This document shows, one piece after another, positions 58,841 to 64,000 of a stretch of DNA of 64,000 bases (position 1 is the first letter of the stretch; each line of letters starts with the position of its first letter). Below the pieces are notes generated by a model, which did no database searches, was not told where the DNA came from, and saw only the letters and a program-made list of their open reading frames with translations. Location of the stretch: positions 202,641 through 266,640 of the IMG/VR virus record IMGVR_UViG_3300005253_001115; one strand, 5' to 3'. The position numbers and the translations under genes are program-made.

Positions 58841-58865
58841 TCGGCGGCACCCTGGGAAACTTGAG
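58841..58865 (-). promoter_or_regulatory. Sigma28-like promoter (CTCAAG-N15-CCGATAC, i.e. GCCGATA; 10 nt from CCGA to ATG)
   Basis: Repeated motif; closest match to the FliA -10 consensus. Confidence 0.72.
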
Positions 58866-59233
58866 CCCAATTCATTCGGCCGCTGCGAAATCGTTCTCCT
58901 CGAAAACCTAGTCCGTTTCTCTCTTGTAAGGCACAATATCTGGAGTCATCTTCCTGTATTTGTTTTGGTCATGCCTCTTCCACAGTGTGCAACTTTGCGC
59001 TGCCGCTCCAGCCTCAAGACCCGGGACGCTTTCGCGCCCCGGGTCCGGGAGGCGGGTGACCACACTCTGTGGTCAACCCCTTGGCAAACCTCTTAGCGAC
59101 CGTATCCGCCAGATGGCACTCCTCGTTCCTTGCAAATACGTTCTACACACAAGCGTAGGTGACAATCGCTGCAAATGTCCTTGCTACCCTGATTCGTGGC
59201 ATAGCTCACAGCCTCTTGAATCGTCTAGTCCGG

Positions 59234-59671
59234 TCATACAACCTCCGGTTGCGTCCACTTGGGTTTGACCTTGACGGTGGTTCCGTGCCCATGCGTGCCC
59301 TCGGTGGGGAACTGGTACTCTCCCCATCCCTGCTCCGGGTCGTCATTGCTGACGGTCACGTTCTCCATGTCGCCGTCGAAGCAACCAGAGTGGTAGGCTG
59401 CGATTCCGCTGTAGCTGCAACCGTTGTAGTGCAGGCTTACAATATCGCCCCAATCCATCGCGGTCCATAGGTAACTCGCCTCGTCGCCGCAGTGCGGCCC
59501 GAGACCTTTCGTTTCGACCTTGAACACGCGCCCGTAGGAGTCATACTGCCCCTGCATCCATTCTAGCACTACCCCTTCCTTCACTAGCATGAGGATGCAG
59601 TGCTCGCCCGAGAAACTGTCTGAGCAAATCGGATGCTCACACTCGGGGCAAATGTACGAAACACAACCCAT
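59234..59671 (-). CDS. Hypothetical Cys-containing protein
   Basis: MGCVSYICPEC...YDSYGRV...DDPEQGW. Confidence 0.6.
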   Translation of the reverse strand: MGCVSYICPECEHPICSDSFSGEHCILMLVKEGVVLEWMQGQYDSYGRVFKVETKGLGPHCGDEASYLWTAMDWGDIVSLHYNGCSYSGIAAYHSGCFDGDMENVTVSNDDPEQGWGEYQFPTEGTHGHGTTVKVKPKWTQPEVV

Positions 59672-60033
59672 TTTCTATCCTTTCCGCCGATTACGCCCAG
59701 TCCGGCGTTCGTACCCGTAACCCCGAAGGGCACTGTAGAACAGATTTTCCTTCTCGGCTTCATTCATTTGAATGAACCTCGACTCACGAATCTCTTCCGT
59801 AAACCCAACTACCTCTTCGGCAGCGGGTTCCAAAACCTGAGTGTTATCCTCGCTCATGTTGGCCACCTGCTCGCCCTTCTGAGGTCGTGAATCACTTCCT
59901 CGGTCGTCCTTTCGGTCCAGAGCCTTCTGCCAGCGCTCCATGAAGTAAGTCAAGCGCTCGCGGATAATTTCGGGGTCTCCCGAGAATACCGCAGCATCGA
60001 TAGTCTGTAGTGCCTCTTCGTCTGAGGGGTGAA

Positions 60034-60492
60034 TCATGCTTTCCTCCGCTTCTCGTAGATGGCTCGAACCTTATCCGATGCCTGTAGCTCGCCCGTGAAG
60101 AGGGCAAAACCACAGTCGCACTCGCGTAGGCCGATGCCCCCCGCTGGGAAGATGTTGCACGCATCCTCGTGGCGACCGTAGCGGAGCATAGCACTTGCGT
60201 AGTCATTGCCGGATAGCTCCAGAAGTCGCTCGACCTCTTCGGCCTCGATGCCTTCGTGGGCGAGCCGGATAGCCTCTAGCGCGAGGCTGAGGTGATACTC
60301 TCGCTCACTGTCCTCGAACATGCCGTCGCCCACGGTGGTGGCAGAGTAAACTGTCTCGCCACCACAGCCGGGGTAGTCGGCCCTAAAACCGCCATGCCGC
60401 AGCCTGAGGTAGCCCACCTGCTCGTCGTTCTCATCGAGAACGTCGTACTGCTCGGGGCAGGCACCGCATGTCTGTACGAGTCTGAAGCTCAT
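60034..60492 (-). CDS. Phage hypothetical protein (TCGACPEQY...YLRLRHG)
   Basis: ORF tiles in the operon. Confidence 0.6.
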   Translation of the reverse strand: MSFRLVQTCGACPEQYDVLDENDEQVGYLRLRHGGFRADYPGCGGETVYSATTVGDGMFEDSEREYHLSLALEAIRLAHEGIEAEEVERLLELSGNDYASAMLRYGRHEDACNIFPAGGIGLRECDCGFALFTGELQASDKVRAIYEKRRKA

Positions 60493-60551
60493 TACTGCCC
60501 CTCTTCGGCTCGGTCCAAGTCCTGTTGGGTATACTTTATCGGTCTCTCCCT

Positions 60552-61097
60552 TTATCCGCTTCTAATGACCAGTTCGATAGCCATTCCGTCGATGCGGATC
60601 CGGCGTTGCGGCAAAGTGCCGGAATTCTCAAAAAATCCGTCGCTTACGATTCGAATCCGGGTAAAACCCTTCTCTTTCGCATGGACGAGAACAGACTCAA
60701 GCTTGGTGCCGCCTCCCGCTTCCGCTGGCCTCTGTTCACTGACAAACGTAGTGAACCAAAAAGTTTGTCCGATGTTCTCGGAGGCCACGAGAGCGTCCAG
60801 ATCGTGTCCGTGCATCGACCCACTACAATCAAAGTAGGTTGCTTCTACAGCCGTGCCAGCAGCCCACTCGCCTGTAGCCCACTCGTCCACGGTGCCTTTG
60901 ACGCTGAACCTGATCGTATCAGGGTCCACGATCTTGACGGCTTCGATCACTAGACCGCCCATCTCGTCCACTCCGACTTTCTTCTCGAAGAGCGCTCGAA
61001 GCTCATCCTGCCCCCCGAAAAGCTCCGCGAGTGTCATATCAACAGTTGTGTCAATCGCCTTTCCCTGGCTCTCTGCCGAGGGTTCGTTGTCAAACAT
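60552..61097 (-). CDS. Hypothetical protein with vWA-like MIDAS motifs
   Basis: DCSGSM, GGGT, IVSDG. Confidence 0.5.
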   Translation of the reverse strand: MFDNEPSAESQGKAIDTTVDMTLAELFGGQDELRALFEKKVGVDEMGGLVIEAVKIVDPDTIRFSVKGTVDEWATGEWAAGTAVEATYFDCSGSMHGHDLDALVASENIGQTFWFTTFVSEQRPAEAGGGTKLESVLVHAKEKGFTRIRIVSDGFFENSGTLPQRRIRIDGMAIELVIRSG

Positions 61098-61127
61098 GTT
61101 TCTTCTCCTGGTTACTTTTCTTCCTCA

Positions 61128-61153
61128 TCGGACAAAACCACCCGAACCTTGAG
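61128..61153 (-). promoter_or_regulatory. Sigma28-like promoter (CTCAAG-N16-CCGAT)
   Basis: Repeated motif. Confidence 0.6.
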
Positions 61154-61997
61154 CTTTCCTTTCGCTCCGTAGTGGAAAACCGCCCACATTCCCAACCGGC
61201 CCAGGAAGGAAATCCCCGCGCCGAAAGCCATGATGGCAATCACGATCCAAAACTGGGTTTCAGCGTCCATTGAGTTGCTCCCTGATCCAGTCGGCTGCGT
61301 CGTACATGCCTTCGCGCTCTGCGAGAGCAGCTAGGTCACGCAGTTGCTCGTAGGCTATCTTGCCGTTGCGGCTCGGCCATTCAGATCTTCTCCACATCAT
61401 TGATGTCGGCCTCGCTCCAGTAGCCACCCGTGCCAGCCCACACAATTGTGGGGTTCGCCTCGGCGACGCCGCTGATTGTCACGCCAGAGAGAATGTGATG
61501 CACTTTCACTGTGTAAGAGCGACAAGCGAGCTTGGTACCCGTCCGGTAATTCTTGACAAGCGTTCCCTTGGCGATTTTCACCCTGTCCCCCGCTTGAATG
61601 GGCAAGTCTTTTCGATCGTAAAAGCCTTCGTATCGCATGTTCTACCTCTTTGCCTTCTTCGCTGGCTTCTTCCTGAGGGTAACCCCGTACTTGGGAACGA
61701 TGGCCTGCCGAGGCAGGAGTGGGGCGACGTAGCGCAGGGGTGCTGGCAGTTGGTAGCACTGGAGGGTGTCGGGTCGGTGGAGGAAGTGGACACGGAGTTC
61801 ATGGGGCATCTGTGTGGACTGGCCGAGGGTAAGGACGAGCGGGCCTTCTACGAGGCTGCGTTCGGTGATCCACAGGTAACGGCCAAGCCTGATGTGGTTC
61901 AGGCTATCACGGATAGGAAGCTGCTCCAAACGTTGCTGGATGCTGGGAGGTTGACGCGAGGGTCGGACGGCATACTGCACAAGGGCGAGGCATAGCC

Positions 61998-62237
61998 ATG
62001 GCTGAGATGGGAACCGCAATGGAGCGTCCTAATCTACCGAAGCGCCTTGAGAACATCGAGGCCCTGCTACAGTCGTCCCGTGAGATTGTAAGTAGGATAC
62101 AAAGTCCTGATGAAGAAAAGGCAGAGCTGGCTCCAGAGGCCAACGGTATCGAGGCAGCAGCAGCCCATATTGAGCAGGGCCTACAACGCCTCAACGCTCG
62201 GCTCATAGGAATTGCTGACCGAATAGGGCAGTTGTAA
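61998..62237 (+). CDS. Hypothetical coiled-coil protein
   Basis: Early gene of the + strand run; SD GAGG. Confidence 0.55.
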   Translation: MAEMGTAMERPNLPKRLENIEALLQSSREIVSRIQSPDEEKAELAPEANGIEAAAAHIEQGLQRLNARLIGIADRIGQL

Positions 62238-62404
62238 TGGATAGGCTAGAACTCACACTGGTTTACAAGAAGGCCACCAAAGGCAAGTATGTGTATGAGG
62301 AGGAGGGAGAGCAGCCTACCATCCAGTCCCTCTACATCGAGAAGTCTGTGATGGAGGGAAGCCCACCTTCTCGCGTACAAGTCATAGTCTACCAACTGGC
62401 GTAG
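62237..62404 (+). CDS. Small hypothetical protein (MDRLELTLVYKKATKG...LYIEK)
   Basis: Translated by hand; TAATG coupling to the upstream gene. Confidence 0.55.
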   Translation: MDRLELTLVYKKATKGKYVYEEEGEQPTIQSLYIEKSVMEGSPPSRVQVIVYQLA

Positions 62405-62416
62405 GAGGGACGTTCG

Positions 62417-62857
62417 ATGGAGAGAAGAGGGAACCGACACCACAAACCCCTGCTGGAAATCTTTGAGTCAAGGGTTGATGAGGTCAGCAATGAGTGTTGG
62501 AGGTGGCCTGGATACCAACATCCTGAGACAGGGTACAGCTTTATCCGCACCAACTACAAGCTGCATAGGGTTCATCGCCTTGCCTATGAGAGGCGCTTTG
62601 GCCCAGTACCTAAAGGAATAGACCTACATCACCTCTGTTTCCACAGGTGGTGTTGGAACCCTCTTCATCTCCTACCTGTCAATCGCAAGGAGCACTCACC
62701 CGAGGGCCTTGTGAACCAGTATGTTGGCAGGACACACTGCTCCAAAGGACATAACTACAAGGAGGATGGTTACTCATACACTAACCCCCAGGGTAAGACT
62801 TGTAGGCGGTGTAGGGCATGTAATAAGGAGTCCAGAGGTGCGTTGGCAGGAAGATAG
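62417..62857 (+). CDS. HNH endonuclease
   Basis: CWRW, HRLAY, LHHLC...CWNPLHL, THCSKGH...CRAC. Confidence 0.85.
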   Translation: MERRGNRHHKPLLEIFESRVDEVSNECWRWPGYQHPETGYSFIRTNYKLHRVHRLAYERRFGPVPKGIDLHHLCFHRWCWNPLHLLPVNRKEHSPEGLVNQYVGRTHCSKGHNYKEDGYSYTNPQGKTCRRCRACNKESRGALAGR

Positions 62858-63488
62858 TTCCTTAGCTCGCCGTATGCTCGATGACCTAGAGAGTGAGATG
62901 TGGATTGATAAGAAGCTACCACACCTCACAGAACTCATCTACTGCCTCACTGCGAGTTGGTGCCGAAGGGTCCAGCCACTTCCCTACACCCCTCAGGAAG
63001 TGTCCCTATTTGCTGTCGGTGTAGGTGTGGAGAAGGTACTACTCCGCTCTCACCGGCAGCATCTAGAGGGTGTGTGTGATGGGATTTACTACGATGCGGA
63101 CTTCCTAGACTACAACAACAATGTAGGGGAGTTTAAATGCACTAGGAAAAGCATGAAGTACATGCCAGAGGAATTTCCCTGGGGATGGGAGATGCAGGTC
63201 AAGGGGTACATGTATGCGTTGGGGAAGGACCAGGCTACGCTTGCAGCAATGTGCCTCATGGGGGATTATCGGCCACCGTTTCCTCAGTTAGGAGCCTGGC
63301 ATGGTAGTGCTAGTGAACAGGAGTTGGCTAATACCTGGCAGTGGATGTGCTGGAGGAAAGAAGTGTACCTGGATCACTTGGAGAGGAAGGTGATGCCCAG
63401 ACAGTTTACCTATAACCAGGACTACGAGTGTCAGTATTGCAGTTTTAAGGTATTGTGCGATGCACGGGAGGTGATTGAACGTGATTAA
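62838..63488 (+). CDS. Cas4-like/PD-(D/E)XK nuclease
   Basis: HLTELIYC, DAD...GEFKCT, QVKGY, ECQYCSFKVLC; GTG start at 62838. Confidence 0.65.
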   Translation: MRWQEDSSLARRMLDDLESEMWIDKKLPHLTELIYCLTASWCRRVQPLPYTPQEVSLFAVGVGVEKVLLRSHRQHLEGVCDGIYYDADFLDYNNNVGEFKCTRKSMKYMPEEFPWGWEMQVKGYMYALGKDQATLAAMCLMGDYRPPFPQLGAWHGSASEQELANTWQWMCWRKEVYLDHLERKVMPRQFTYNQDYECQYCSFKVLCDAREVIERD

Positions 63489-64000
63489 GGACAAGAATGA
63501 CATAGAGCACCTGCCGCTTTGGACAATTGTATTTAGGTATAACCGTTGCAGGATTCTTCTAGAGGGAGCAAAGGAGCGGAAAACACTTCTTGGCGGTTGG
63601 GACAAGGTATATCTTGAAGCCGCCCTGGAGATACTACAAGACGATAGGCCATAGGAGGGCAGGACGATGATAAAATATGAGGTTAGTAAGCAATCAAGGC
63701 GACGGGTATGGCTAGAGGTAGAGCCAAGGGCTGCCCTGGTGGAGTTGGTGGAGGAGACTAGGCTACCCCCAGCGTTAGCGCCTGGGCCGGAAGCCTGGGA
63801 CCGCCATTCCATACAGGTGTCATTGAACGGGTTAAGGAACGCCCTAGACCAGGTTGCTATCCAGCACGAGGTGGGATGATGGTTGGATGTACCTGTCTAC
63901 CACGTAGCCACGACGATCAGTGCCCTCGGCATGGGCGCGAAGCGTATCGTAGAGAGACTACCCTGGGCACACGTGAGGAGTGGCTCAGTGAGTGTTGCAG

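Overview
This gene-dense window looks like part of a large (jumbo-type) bacteriophage genome, mostly on the minus strand. 1-18.5 kb is a replication, recombination and nucleotide-metabolism block: SbcC/SbcD, class II RNR, DnaX-like clamp loader, dNMP kinase, IMPDH/GMPR, Dam-like MTase, RecA, SSB, sigma70-like factor, Cas4-like nuclease and primase. 18.5-21.5 kb encodes a multi-LamG protein. 23.5-31 kb holds an SF2 helicase operon with three HA-repeat paralogues, a DGQHR-like gene and a second DNA MTase. 31-61 kb is many small accessory genes, including host-takeover functions (GGQ release-factor-like protein, bL12 CTD, HD hydrolase, GGDEF, PTP, DnaJ, PyrE, Prs). The main finding is at 40.9-43.3 kb. 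A Nop/IS110-C-terminal-like protein with no nuclease domain is flanked by 14 stem-loop units, each carrying two variable 9-nt segments in a CCN-N9-TG-(T/C)AAC-CCN-N9-TG frame. This is a TIGR-Tas-type (TasA-like) RNA-guided system with an uncharacterised gene embedded in the array. Other observations are 13 copies of a sigma28-like promoter that mostly imply leaderless mRNAs, a C-terminal peptide motif shared by five small proteins, two candidate structured ncRNAs, and a probable junction near 61.7 kb. No tRNA, rRNA or CRISPR array was recognised. All calls are by-eye motif recognition; no database searches were run.
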